Part shown: one piece after another, positions 34,929 through 44,839 of the stretch
How the letters are laid out: each line of letters begins with the position of its first letter
How positions within the stretch are numbered: position 1 is the first letter of the stretch
Virus record (IMG/VR): IMGVR_UViG_3300030419_002654
Span: 1-55,324 of that record
Source: a virus
Lineage: Duplodnaviria > Caudoviricetes
Length of the DNA: 55,324 nucleotides
Strand: one strand, 5' to 3'
The notes under the pieces: generated by a model
Databases searched by the model: none
Seen by the model: only the letters and a program-made list of their open reading frames with translations
What the model was told of the DNA's origin: nothing
Program-made: the position numbers and the translations under genes

Positions 34929-35508
34929 AGTGGAACCGTACGAAGCATATGTAAAATACCTAGCACTAAAGAGTCATTTTAGTGATAAGAACTATGATTA
35001 TTTCAAGTACAATGGTAAGGTTAAGGCTTGGCGTACCACATTTGAACAAAGAAAAGACAAGTATTTTTTCTATAAACTAAGCAAAAAGAAGGATCCAATT
35101 GACTATCTTGTTGCTAATTTTGTAGGATCTGACGATTTTTATATAGGAAGCATAAGAGAAGACAAGTCTGATCAGGTGTATATAGAGTGGAAAAAGAGAA
35201 AAGAAGCTCTTAGTTATACCTTCAAAAGCGACCTATCTAAAATGAAAGAGGACTTTAATTCGAACATAATAGTCCCTGAAAATGAGCATCCATATCTATT
35301 AAGGTTATACATGCGTGGAGATATTTGTATTGAAACGTTGACTTTAATTAATAAATGCTGTAAAATGTTCGCATACTGGGATAAAGAATTGAAAGATGAT
35401 ATCATGTGGCCCGATATAAAATTAAAGGCAACAAAGTATGATCCCTTCATCTCAGTTGATATAAATAAGTATAAGGGACTAATAATCTCTTATTTTAATA
35501 AAACGTAA
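34921..35508 (+). CDS. gp59: helicase loader gp59
   Basis: YLALK.HF....YDYFKY.GK, RKDKYFFYKL, I..ETL. Confidence 0.85.
   Translation: MNRVEPYEAYVKYLALKSHFSDKNYDYFKYNGKVKAWRTTFEQRKDKYFFYKLSKKKDPIDYLVANFVGSDDFYIGSIREDKSDQVYIEWKKRKEALSYTFKSDLSKMKEDFNSNIIVPENEHPYLLRLYMRGDICIETLTLINKCCKMFAYWDKELKDDIMWPDIKLKATKYDPFISVDINKYKGLIISYFNKT
35460..35467 (+). promoter_or_regulatory. late promoter TATAAATA upstream of gp32
   Basis: exact consensus. Confidence 0.55.
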
Positions 35509-35539
35509 TACAACGAATATAACGATATACAACGTATAT
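35502..35539 (+). repeat. four ~10-nt AACG(T/A)... repeats in the gp32 leader
   Basis: AACGTAATAC/AACGAATAT/AACGATATAC/AACGTATAT directly before RBS AAGGAG. Confidence 0.7.
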
Positions 35540-35550
35540 AAGGAGAAAAT

Positions 35551-36444
35551 ATGACTGATTCGTTTGGCGCACTCAAGCGCAACAAAGCAGAGAACTTCGA
35601 CAAGTTAACTGCATCCCTCAATAAACTAAACTCTAAATCCGGCGGACCTGGACCTGATGAGCGTTTCTGGAAACCAGAAGTCGACAAAGCAGGTAATGGT
35701 TATGCTGTGATTAGATTTTTACCTGAGTCTGAAGGAGAAGATGTACCATTCGTAAGAAAATGGGATCATGGTTTCCAAGGACCTGGTGGTTGGTATATTG
35801 AAGACTCTTTGACTACTCTTGGTCAAAAAGATCCAGTATCTGAATATAACTCAATGTTATGGAACTCAGGTATTGAGTCTAACAAAGATAAAGCTAGAAA
35901 GCAAAAGCGTAGACTTTCTTTCATTAGTAATATCTATGTTGTTAAAGATCCATCTAACCCAGACAACGAAGGAAAAGTATTCCTTTACAAGTATGGTAAG
36001 AAAATCTTTGACAAATTAAACGAGGCTATGAATCCTCAGTTCGAAGATGAGTCACCTGTAAACCCATTTGATCTTTGGGAAGGCGCTGACTTCAAATTGA
36101 AGATTAGAAATGTTGAAGGATTTAGAAATTATGATAAATCTGAATTAGATGTTTCTGCACCTTTGTTTGATGACGACGAAGAACTAGAGAAAGTTTGGAA
36201 ATCACAACATGCTCTTCAAGAGTTTGTTAATCCAACTAACTTTAAAACCTACGAAGAACTTCAAACTAAACTTAACAGAGTGTTAGGTCTTGATGGAGCT
36301 GCTCCAAGCACAACTGCTGAAAGCAACTTCCAAGCTGAACCACCTGCTGAAATCCCTGAAGCTCCTGCTGCTGTACAACCAGAGGTTGCTGCATCAGAAG
36401 ATGATGAGAGTTTAGATTTCTTTAAAAAATTAGCAGAAGACTAA
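35551..36444 (+). CDS. gp32: single-stranded DNA-binding protein gp32
   Basis: DERFWKP.VDKAGNGYAVIRFLP, HGFQGPGGWYIE, YGKKIFDK, acidic tail. Confidence 0.95.
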   Translation: MTDSFGALKRNKAENFDKLTASLNKLNSKSGGPGPDERFWKPEVDKAGNGYAVIRFLPESEGEDVPFVRKWDHGFQGPGGWYIEDSLTTLGQKDPVSEYNSMLWNSGIESNKDKARKQKRRLSFISNIYVVKDPSNPDNEGKVFLYKYGKKIFDKLNEAMNPQFEDESPVNPFDLWEGADFKLKIRNVEGFRNYDKSELDVSAPLFDDDEELEKVWKSQHALQEFVNPTNFKTYEELQTKLNRVLGLDGAAPSTTAESNFQAEPPAEIPEAPAAVQPEVAASEDDESLDFFKKLAED

Positions 36445-38382
36445 TTAGTTAGGTACCGCGACGAATCCTCGGCCGTCTTGAGGACTGCCTGAGGATGCGT
36501 CCTCCATTATAATTGTTTTATTTGAACTGGAAGTTTGAGATCCACCTATAACAGTTTGGGTGTTATTAGTTGTTCCACTATCTTTAGCAGATGCATCTGC
36601 TTCTGCTTGAGCATCAGCTGTATCTAATGAGTCATCTCCAAGGTCTTGTCCTACTGTACTTTCATCAACACCCAACAGCTTAGCAAAGTCCATACCAGCT
36701 TCCCCTTGGGTAGGTTCGATTGGTGTTAGACTTTTCTTAGCTGCATTAGCCAACATGTTAAAGGACTGCCTGAGTGGATGGCCTGAAAGATCAACAATCT
36801 GACCAGATGGGCTATAGAAATCATAATTTCCATGTTCATCCATACTCTCTGGATCAAACATTACCTTCTTAATCACTCCGTTGGAAGCCTCAGACAAGTC
36901 CATTGAAATTAATTTTATTGGTTCACCATCTGGTGTGTCAATTGTTTCTTCTTTAAGATCATACTTTTCAACTGCCTCTTGTCTTCGCTTTTCTGCATCT
37001 TCTCTAAATTTCTTTTTATTCTTCCTTAACTTCTCAGCAGTCTTTTCATTCATCTCACCTGAATCTACTTTAGCTTGTATCTGTGCATCAATAGTTTCAT
37101 CATCTTGAGACCAGTCAATTAACTTTTTCTGTTCCTTGGATTCATCTTTTTCAATTGGATCCATTTTCATTTCTCTTACTTCATCACCCTTACCAAAGAA
37201 GTCTGCTAACCATGCAACTGCTTCAATAAGTCCATTCCACATAGCAATCAATCCATTAAAGAATCCCATAATCAGATTACCAACAAACTCAACAATCGGA
37301 GTTAATATATTAAATATTGGTAGTAGTATGGTTTCGAAAAGGAACATGAACACATCTAATACAATCTGAACAATTGGCATTAATATATCAAGTACCATTT
37401 CAATAATTGGCATTAATGCATCAACAATACTCATTATAACTGGTACTAATGCATCAACAATACTAATAATAACAGGCACTAACATATCTACAAGTGCCAT
37501 GATTGGAGGAATCAATGCATTGACTACCTGCATTCCAACATCAACTATTAGAGCAAATACATCCATTAACGGAGGCAATAACTGATTAATTAAATCAATT
37601 ATAATTCCAAATACTTGGGTCATAACAGGCAGAACCTTTTGCATAACCACACCAATTATTTGAGTAAATGCTTTCATTATAGAACCAAACAGTTCTTTTA
37701 ATTTTGTGAATATTTCTGCATTAGCTGTTAGCAATACAGCTACTATTCCTACTATGATTAAATTGAATACGCTAAATAGCTTGCCTATCTTTTTAAGGAA
37801 CTTACCAATTGCTCCAAGTCCTTTTGCTTTTTTAGGAGCCTTGCCTTCTTTTGCGCCCTCTTCACCTACATCAGGTTCAGCATCATCACCACCAGTATCT
37901 CGAGCGTCGTCTCCACTCTCTTCCATTACTGCCCTAATAGCAGCAACGTCATCAGCTATTCTTTCTAATACTGGCGTACCATCATCTTCACGAGTATCTT
38001 CTGATTCTTCTTCTGCTACCTCTGCTTGTGGTCCAAGTGTTTCCTCTTCTGGATCTACTGCATCTGCATCAGACTCCTCATCACCATCATCACCAACTTC
38101 CTCAGCATCTTTTGCAAGATGACCTTCAATCTTTTCTAATACTTTGAATGCTTGATCTTGTTTTAATTTTAGGGCTTGCGTGTGGGCATCTATAAATCCT
38201 AACTTAGGAATATAGTTTCTCATTACCTCAGTGAATGAGGATATTAATGCTAGCTGTTCTGTAAGTACACTTGATTGAGCTCCCTCTTCCTCTTTAATCT
38301 TATTCATTAAAGCGGCAGTTTCCGGGGCATCTTTAGATGGTCTGCCCTCTCTTGGATCTGTATTTGGAAGCCCTTTTGCCAT
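36445..38382 (-). CDS. probable tape measure / baseplate hub protein (gp29-like)
   Basis: 645 aa with central amphipathic ~11-residue repeats (VDALVPVIMSI); lies downstream of gp26/gp51. Confidence 0.6.
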   Translation of the reverse strand: MAKGLPNTDPREGRPSKDAPETAALMNKIKEEEGAQSSVLTEQLALISSFTEVMRNYIPKLGFIDAHTQALKLKQDQAFKVLEKIEGHLAKDAEEVGDDGDEESDADAVDPEEETLGPQAEVAEEESEDTREDDGTPVLERIADDVAAIRAVMEESGDDARDTGGDDAEPDVGEEGAKEGKAPKKAKGLGAIGKFLKKIGKLFSVFNLIIVGIVAVLLTANAEIFTKLKELFGSIMKAFTQIIGVVMQKVLPVMTQVFGIIIDLINQLLPPLMDVFALIVDVGMQVVNALIPPIMALVDMLVPVIISIVDALVPVIMSIVDALMPIIEMVLDILMPIVQIVLDVFMFLFETILLPIFNILTPIVEFVGNLIMGFFNGLIAMWNGLIEAVAWLADFFGKGDEVREMKMDPIEKDESKEQKKLIDWSQDDETIDAQIQAKVDSGEMNEKTAEKLRKNKKKFREDAEKRRQEAVEKYDLKEETIDTPDGEPIKLISMDLSEASNGVIKKVMFDPESMDEHGNYDFYSPSGQIVDLSGHPLRQSFNMLANAAKKSLTPIEPTQGEAGMDFAKLLGVDESTVGQDLGDDSLDTADAQAEADASAKDSGTTNNTQTVIGGSQTSSSNKTIIMEDASSGSPQDGRGFVAVPN

Positions 38383-38386
38383 TTAC

Positions 38387-38773
38387 TTACTTATTACTGT
38401 TTGCGTTAGTGTCGTGTTCTTTTGCTGCACTGTTTACATATAAACCAAACCAAGCTGCACCAGCACCAACTAAGATACTAATTAAACCTGATTGTTCCAT
38501 ACTTGGTTCTGGTAATTCCATAAACCACATTGCTGCATAATAGACTAATACAATATAAACTGTTAAGAAAGCTCTTGGCCAGATTCTCCATGCATCAATT
38601 GTACGTGCTAAGTGCACCCACTTCTGCCATGGATTTACTGTATCATTTGCTTTAAGGTCCCTGATCTCATCTTTGAGAGCAGCGTTCTCTTGTATCATTT
38701 CCATGAACTTGGATAAGTCCATTTCGACTTCGTTACGTGACATATCGCCACCGAATCTATCTCTGTCGCTCAT
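38387..38773 (-). CDS. two-TM membrane protein
   Basis: DAWRIWPR, two TM helices, GAGAAWFGLY. Confidence 0.75.
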   Translation of the reverse strand: MSDRDRFGGDMSRNEVEMDLSKFMEMIQENAALKDEIRDLKANDTVNPWQKWVHLARTIDAWRIWPRAFLTVYIVLVYYAAMWFMELPEPSMEQSGLISILVGAGAAWFGLYVNSAAKEHDTNANSNK

Positions 38774-38775
38774 TG

Positions 38776-39015
38776 TTATCTCCTATATCGACTAAACTGT
38801 TTAAAATTTCTTCGAGGAGGCATTTTTACACCTTGTTTCCTCTGTTCAGCTCTTTCCTTCTCTGCTTTCAAATGAGCAGATAACATAGCAACATACATCT
38901 CACGTTCGTAAGGAATGAGATTTTCTATCTCTGTTATACTATATTTATGATGCTGAACCAGTGCGAAACAAAGTTCGTAATAATTCGCTAATGTATTATG
39001 GCTCAGCAGAATTAA
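38776..39015 (-). CDS. gp51: gp51-like baseplate hub assembly protein, lacking its own upstream ATG (probably reached by -1 frameshift from gp26)
   Basis: LSHNTLANYY...QHHKYSITEIENLIPYERE.YV.ML in the -1 frame relative to gp26. Confidence 0.75.
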   Translation of the reverse strand, partial: LILLSHNTLANYYELCFALVQHHKYSITEIENLIPYEREMYVAMLSAHLKAEKERAEQRKQGVKMPPRRNFKQFSRYRR

Positions 39016-39737
39016 AAAAAATCTGCTACACCTTGTAATACTATTTCTCTATTATTGCCTAAACTATTTGTATAAGTTAAAGTATGAGTCAGTTTTGGTG
39101 CAGTCTCAAAAAATTCTTGAACGGCCTCAAACGATTTAACATCAATACTTTGTACAAAGTTAATAGCTTCGTCTATAGTAAAGTCATCATAAACTTCTTT
39201 TGAATCCCAGACACTTTCAAGACAATGTGCAACCAACTTAAATACGCTTTCAGATTGTGACAGTTGGTCTGCACCTTCTTGTACGGTATCTAAATCCATC
39301 CCACATGCTTTAATAGCAGTCATTGTTGGATCCTTTAACTTCATCATTAGACCATTGCTGAGTTCAACTTCATAACTCCTATCTTTTACAATAGTAGGTT
39401 CTATGTCGTCAATATCAACTTCAAAGTCATAGATTTGTTCATCTTCTTTATCTTTATACTTTAATTGAACAATATTGTTTACAGACTTACCACGTAAGTG
39501 CATAAACAAATATTCAACATCTGTAGATGTCAAGTCACCAGGATTAAAATTCTTGGGACTTATAACAACGTTTTGCAAAACTTGCAACATTGCATTCATC
39601 TGATCTTGTGCGGTACCTTCCTTACCGACTAACAACACCTTTTCCTCTTTTACTAGGAAAGGTCTAAATTTTACTTTTTTTCCAATTACAGGAAGGGTAA
39701 TTTCAAACTCAGGCTGAGTTATTTTTGGTAATGCCAT
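39012..39737 (-). CDS. gp26: baseplate hub assembly chaperone gp26
   Basis: MALPKI, FRPFLVKEEK.LL, D.EYLF..LR.KSV, FFET.PKL, QG..DFF. Confidence 0.9.
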   Translation of the reverse strand: MALPKITQPEFEITLPVIGKKVKFRPFLVKEEKVLLVGKEGTAQDQMNAMLQVLQNVVISPKNFNPGDLTSTDVEYLFMHLRGKSVNNIVQLKYKDKEDEQIYDFEVDIDDIEPTIVKDRSYEVELSNGLMMKLKDPTMTAIKACGMDLDTVQEGADQLSQSESVFKLVAHCLESVWDSKEVYDDFTIDEAINFVQSIDVKSFEAVQEFFETAPKLTHTLTYTNSLGNNREIVLQGVADFF

Positions 39738-39752
39738 AATATTTCTCCATTA

Positions 39753-40646
39753 TTATCCTTTTCTACCACCGAAAGATCCCAAGAATGTCTGTGCGTTAGA
39801 TACTATGTTTATAACATCACCAACGTTGCTTGGTTTCTTCCAACTTGCTTTCAAAGCTGTTCCAGTTTGACCTATTCTTAAAAGCTGTTCCATTGGGGAC
39901 AAAGCTCTGTTTGCATATACTGCAGGATCTTGTCCTTCTGGTAACTGATGATTCTCAGCCACCCAGTTTCTTACTTGAAAGTTAATAGTCACTCTAGCTA
40001 TTTCATCATTTTGTGCCCAGCCTAAAGTCACATCACCTAATTGTGAAGGCCAGACTTCATACATTGTAGTTGTATTTATATGTTGTGCTGCCATATCAAA
40101 TGTCTTAATTCTCATTGTAGTAATGTATTCAGATCTATATGCTATTTCACCAAACGCAGCACCTTGAGGGTTGACCATTACATCTGATGCCTTTTCTGGT
40201 CCGCCCATGTATACAATATTAGATACCCAGTTTTGAAAGAAAGCTAAATTTCTTCCTCTAGCATCTAACATAAAACTTGCTGATATCTCTGATGGAACTA
40301 CTGCTTGTGCTCTTCTATCAAATGGACCAATAGTGTTTCTTCTATGGTCTACTGGAATTACTGCAGCACCTGGTATGTTAATGTTATCACAAAAGAACGA
40401 TAGACTTTGAATAGCTGATGAGTCACTAACCCAGCCACCTCGAGGTGGATCTATTTCTACAAGATATCTATTGGCTCTTGAAAAACCATTGTTCTCTTGA
40501 ACCTTACCAAGAAACGTTCCAATGTTAAATTTTCCTTCTGGTGAATCAGCACCAAGAGATGAGGAACCTTTTTTATCTTTTTCTAATGCCTTACCTTTAG
40601 CAAGATTAAAAACATCTTTGGCGATATTAAATACCTTTTTAGCCAT
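39753..40646 (-). CDS. gp54: baseplate tail-tube initiator gp54-like
   Basis: SR.NRY.V.I, C.NINIPG, FF.NW, Y..EY, EVWP..LG.V.L.W. Confidence 0.7.
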   Translation of the reverse strand: MAKKVFNIAKDVFNLAKGKALEKDKKGSSSLGADSPEGKFNIGTFLGKVQENNGFSRANRYLVEIDPPRGGWVSDSSAIQSLSFFCDNINIPGAAVIPVDHRRNTIGPFDRRAQAVVPSEISASFMLDARGRNLAFFQNWVSNIVYMGGPEKASDVMVNPQGAAFGEIAYRSEYITTMRIKTFDMAAQHINTTTMYEVWPSQLGDVTLGWAQNDEIARVTINFQVRNWVAENHQLPEGQDPAVYANRALSPMEQLLRIGQTGTALKASWKKPSNVGDVINIVSNAQTFLGSFGGRKG

Positions 40647-40767
40647 TCTTGTTTTCCTCAAACCATCTATCAATTGCTTTCTTGAACGTATAGATAACTC
40701 CTATCCATACAGTAAACAAAATCCCATCTAAGTAGGATAATTCATACCACAAATTTGCTGCGTCCAT
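40639..40767 (-). CDS. small membrane protein (42 aa)
   Basis: MDAANLWYELSYLDGILFTVWIGVIY...; abuts both neighbours. Confidence 0.55.
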   Translation of the reverse strand: MDAANLWYELSYLDGILFTVWIGVIYTFKKAIDRWFEENKNG

Positions 40768-41469
40768 TTATCTTGTTCTCTTTTTATATTTTGCTCTAGT
40801 TCTATCAGATTTCTTTCTCATACGTCTTTCCATTTGAGAATCCATCCATATTCTATTTATGCCACTCTTACGAGGCATTGCTAAAGGAAGCATGACAATT
40901 GTATCCCAACCTATTGGCGGAATATATAAAAATTGTCCTACCACTCTTTTAAAATCATACCTTTTCCACATTGGCAAGAAACTTCTCATGTCCATTCTCT
41001 TTTTCATAAACGTATAATCTAATCTTTTAACATTAACTCTAGCTCTAATAGAAGTACCAATATCTTTTCCTTCTACATTAGGGAAAATAGTAAACGGATA
41101 TATTGCATCCATTAATTCTGCTCTAAACTTTGGAGGCATATAATGAAAGTTTAACATACTAAAATAACCTTTATCTCTATTAACTCCCATACACAATCCA
41201 GCTGGAAACATATCATAGTATGGTAATTGATCTCTCATCTTAGGTAGATACTTAAAGAAGTAAAATCTACCTGGCATTAATCTTCTAGTCTTACCAGCAC
41301 CAGATAATATAGTACTCGGAGCATCTTTACTATGCTCTTCTGCCATTGCTCTAAGCCTTTCAACTGGATCACCTTGCTCAGTCTTATACAGTTGTTGCAT
41401 AGACTTGAACTTAGTATCAAATTCTTCACCTGTTAAATGTACTAAATCTTCGAAAAAATATGCTGGCAT
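40768..41469 (-). CDS. gp2: DNA end protector gp2
   Basis: PGRFYFF.Y.PK....LPYYD.FP, LNFHY.PP..R, KRY. Confidence 0.85.
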   Translation of the reverse strand: MPAYFFEDLVHLTGEEFDTKFKSMQQLYKTEQGDPVERLRAMAEEHSKDAPSTILSGAGKTRRLMPGRFYFFKYLPKMRDQLPYYDMFPAGLCMGVNRDKGYFSMLNFHYMPPKFRAELMDAIYPFTIFPNVEGKDIGTSIRARVNVKRLDYTFMKKRMDMRSFLPMWKRYDFKRVVGQFLYIPPIGWDTIVMLPLAMPRKSGINRIWMDSQMERRMRKKSDRTRAKYKKRTR

Positions 41470-41894
41470 TATTTGATTCCTAACTCATCTTGAGTCATTA
41501 TTTGAAATTTCATACCTTTATTTTTGCAAAATTCTTTTGCAACTTCGAACTTTCTTTGATTAACTGCGAACGTTCTCATCTCTCTAAGGTACTTTACTGT
41601 CTGTCTTTTTGGCTTTTTAGGCGGTACTAAGTGCTGTTTTGGTTTAACTTCTATCACTAATTGCTCGCCATTATTCTTTTCAACCCAGAAATCTGGGAAG
41701 TATCTATGCATCTTTCTATCAATTGGACTGCGATATGGTATGCAAAATTCTTCAGAACTCCACCTTTCTATCTGTGTGTGGTCATCTAAATACTTCATAA
41801 GTTTAAATTCCCATAAACTTCTATAAATAATATTAGAGGAATCCCCTCTATACTTGTCGGGGTTCTTGGGAACAAATTTACCAGAATAAGCCAT
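41469..41894 (-). CDS. gp4: head completion nuclease gp4
   Basis: G.F.PKNP.KY.GD, YRS.WE, WSSEE..IPY, HRYFPDF, IEVKP. Confidence 0.92.
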   Translation of the reverse strand: MAYSGKFVPKNPDKYRGDSSNIIYRSLWEFKLMKYLDDHTQIERWSSEEFCIPYRSPIDRKMHRYFPDFWVEKNNGEQLVIEVKPKQHLVPPKKPKRQTVKYLREMRTFAVNQRKFEVAKEFCKNKGMKFQIMTQDELGIK

Positions 41895-41919
41895 AAAGGT
41901 ATTTAGGATAAAAAATTAA

Positions 41920-42825
41920 ATGAAATTAGGACCATATATAGGAAAATACAGCAAAAGCTCACAAGGTGGCTTAGCTCCTACAGAAAAGATTAAAAAGAAA
42001 TTAGAGGCTGGTGGTTCATACCATTTCCCTAAAGACCTTGGTGTTCATCAGTTTATGATGATTTTTCACAAATACTCATACCAAGCAGAATCAGTTAACA
42101 TAGCAGAATCGATTGTACTACCAATGCCTCAGGCATTAGTAGACACATATGGAATGGAATATGGAGCAGAAGATTTAGGAACATTAGTTGCAGCAGGAGC
42201 TAGTGCATTTGGTGACATTGTAGATAGTTTTAAAAAAGCAGGTACAGCAGAAGGTCAAAAGAAAGCAGCTGAAAGAGCCGCTGCAATGAATCCTGAAGAT
42301 ATATCTAAATCATTAAGTCAGTTAGGTATGGCTGGGATCAGGCAACAGGTAGCCAAAGCAAGTGGCGATATAGAAAAAGCAGTTGCTGTTTCAACAGGAA
42401 CAATTGTTAATCCACACACAGCATTATTATTTAATAAAGTTAATTTAAAAGAATTTGAATTTACATGGAAACTGTATCCACAAGATGTAGAAGAATCTAA
42501 AATGCTAAAAGAGATTATAAAACTTTTAAAGATGAGATCACATCCAACATTTATGAGTAAAGAAAATAACTACATGATGGACTATCCGCACGAAGTAGAT
42601 TTATATTATCTTGGTAACGGTGACAGCTTACATAGATTTAAAAGAGCTGCTATTACTGGATTAAGTTTTAATTATTCACCAGAAGGATCTCCAGCGTTCT
42701 TTGCAGGAACAGGTAATCCAGTGTTTACAGAAATGAGCGTTAAGTTTACAGAGACTCAAATCTGGACTGGTGAAGATTTTGAAGATGAGCCATCTGCAGG
42801 TGGTAATCAGGAACCAGGAGCATAG
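41920..42825 (+). CDS. gp48: baseplate tail-tube cap gp48
   Basis: LPMP, NP...LLF....L.EF.F.W.L.P, YP, NYSP.G, F.E. Confidence 0.8.
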   Translation: MKLGPYIGKYSKSSQGGLAPTEKIKKKLEAGGSYHFPKDLGVHQFMMIFHKYSYQAESVNIAESIVLPMPQALVDTYGMEYGAEDLGTLVAAGASAFGDIVDSFKKAGTAEGQKKAAERAAAMNPEDISKSLSQLGMAGIRQQVAKASGDIEKAVAVSTGTIVNPHTALLFNKVNLKEFEFTWKLYPQDVEESKMLKEIIKLLKMRSHPTFMSKENNYMMDYPHEVDLYYLGNGDSLHRFKRAAITGLSFNYSPEGSPAFFAGTGNPVFTEMSVKFTETQIWTGEDFEDEPSAGGNQEPGA

Positions 42826-43362
42826 ATGAGATATACTAAAGGATATTTTTCAGACTTTCCAGTTATAGAGTATGGTGGCAAGATTGCTAGAAACATTATA
42901 GCTCGTCCTGGAATTAAAGACCAGCTAATGAATAGTCCAACTGCTTTTTATGACTATGTTGTTGAAGATGGACAAAGACCAGATCAAATAGCATATCTTT
43001 ATTATGACGATCCTCAATTAGTATGGTTAATATTTTTAGCTAATGATATTGTTGATCCATATTATGACTGGCCTCTTACACAAAATCAATTTGCAGATTT
43101 TTTAATTTCGAAATACGGAACAGTTGCTGCAGCACAAGCTAAAATACTTCATTACAAACACAAGACAAAAGGAACATTAATTACAAAAGAGACATACGAT
43201 CTCAATGCTACATTTGGTAAAATAGTTGCTGGCCAATATTCACCAGTGTATGCATATAATTATGAAATGGACCTTAATGAGTCTAAAAGGAAAATAAAAT
43301 TAATTGATGCTAGATTAGCTAATAAGGCAAAGAACCTATTGCGCGAAATAATGATAGGATAA
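42826..43362 (+). CDS. gp53: baseplate wedge gp53
   Basis: YF..FP...Y, RPD.IA..YY.D....W.I.LANDI.DPYYDWP, NE.KR.IKL. Confidence 0.9.
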   Translation: MRYTKGYFSDFPVIEYGGKIARNIIARPGIKDQLMNSPTAFYDYVVEDGQRPDQIAYLYYDDPQLVWLIFLANDIVDPYYDWPLTQNQFADFLISKYGTVAAAQAKILHYKHKTKGTLITKETYDLNATFGKIVAGQYSPVYAYNYEMDLNESKRKIKLIDARLANKAKNLLREIMIG

Positions 43363-43366
43363 TATT

Positions 43367-44839
43367 ATGAGTAGAGGGACCGTATTCATCCCAGGAAAAG
43401 GAACAGCGACAGCACCAGCAACGGATCCGTTGACTGGAAGAACAGCTGCTGAACCAACAAGTGGACCTCCAACAAGCGAGGGTGGTAGATCAGATGAAGG
43501 TACATATACTGGAGCTGGTGGTGGTGAAGGAGATAAGAATACAGATGCTCAATCAGGTCCACAAGTATATGAACCTAAAAATGTTGTTATTGACTTTTTA
43601 GAAATCAACCACAAAGACGGAACACTTAATTTAGAAAATTCTTTTCATTCAGTTATTATAACAGAAAGTATTTTTCAACCATCATTATCTTGTAGAGTAG
43701 CTGTATTAGATGCAGATGAGAAATTAGCTAATTTAGACTTAGATGGTTCAGAAGAACTTAAAATAGGATGGCACTCAGAAAAGAATAGACAATGTAAAAA
43801 TTCATATAGAGTTTATAGAGTAAACATAACACCAGATGATAGTTCTGGTTCTAAAGGTAAAGTGTATCAGTTATTTGGTATGTCTGAAGAATGGGTAGCA
43901 CAATCTACTATGGACATTAATAGATCATTTGTAGGCACAATAGATAAAGCAGCACAGTCTGTCTGGAAAGAAGTAAAAAAGAAAACTAAAACTAGAAAGA
44001 ACTTATTTGTGCACACAACTTCAGGTCACACCACAACAATTGTTCCAGGACTTACACCTTTTGAAGCAATGAGTATGTTTGAACGAAGAGCGTATAGCGG
44101 GAAGTATTCATCTTCAATTTATAAATTCTATGAAAATCAAAGAGGATACCACTTTGTAAATTTAGAAAAATTAATTGCATTTACAAGAAACAGAGCAATA
44201 AAATACAAATATAGTCCTGGTATGCCTATTGATGATCAAAAGAATATTGAAGGTCAATACACTATAGAATCAATAGATTTCCCAAAACAAAAAGACCTTG
44301 TAGCTAAAATCAAGAGTGGTGCATATGCATCAGCAGTAAAAGAGATTGATATTCTTAATCAAAAAGTAGATACAACAGAATTTAGAGTTAAAGATAACTT
44401 TAAAGATTTTTATCATTTAGACAAACCAGCAATATCATTAGATAAAAAAAGTATAATAGACGAATCACTTAATACAATTAATAGTACTAAGTGGATAAAC
44501 AAGTATGTTGACGGCAGAAGACACAGAGATAATAACTTTGGGCCAGCAATAACAAGAAGAAAATTCTATGGAGACAGCTTAGGACAAGTTAAAATGAACT
44601 GTGTTGTTCCTGGAAATTCAGATCTTGGTGTTGGCATGTGTATAGATTTAGACATGATTGAGTCATCAGCAAACAAAGAAACTGCAGATCAAGAGAAAAA
44701 AATCAGTGGTAAATACTTTATAACAGAAGTTAATCATCAAATATTAGCTAACAAATATACATGTACTTTAGCTTGTAGTAAAGAAAGCTATAGAGCAAAT
44801 GTATTTGACTCATTAAAATATGTAAAAGGTAAAAGATAA
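43367..44839 (+). CDS. baseplate hub protein (gp27-like)
   Basis: ITESIF, FYEN..GY.F, VPGNS.L.VG, SGKY.IT.V.H; located between gp53 and gp5. Confidence 0.7.
   Translation: MSRGTVFIPGKGTATAPATDPLTGRTAAEPTSGPPTSEGGRSDEGTYTGAGGGEGDKNTDAQSGPQVYEPKNVVIDFLEINHKDGTLNLENSFHSVIITESIFQPSLSCRVAVLDADEKLANLDLDGSEELKIGWHSEKNRQCKNSYRVYRVNITPDDSSGSKGKVYQLFGMSEEWVAQSTMDINRSFVGTIDKAAQSVWKEVKKKTKTRKNLFVHTTSGHTTTIVPGLTPFEAMSMFERRAYSGKYSSSIYKFYENQRGYHFVNLEKLIAFTRNRAIKYKYSPGMPIDDQKNIEGQYTIESIDFPKQKDLVAKIKSGAYASAVKEIDILNQKVDTTEFRVKDNFKDFYHLDKPAISLDKKSIIDESLNTINSTKWINKYVDGRRHRDNNFGPAITRRKFYGDSLGQVKMNCVVPGNSDLGVGMCIDLDMIESSANKETADQEKKISGKYFITEVNHQILANKYTCTLACSKESYRANVFDSLKYVKGKR

Noticed and set aside
41469-41894. 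TnsA transposase or mobile element
   Set aside because: The same fold is T4 gp4, and the gene is syntenic with gp2, gp48 and gp53; no element ends were seen.
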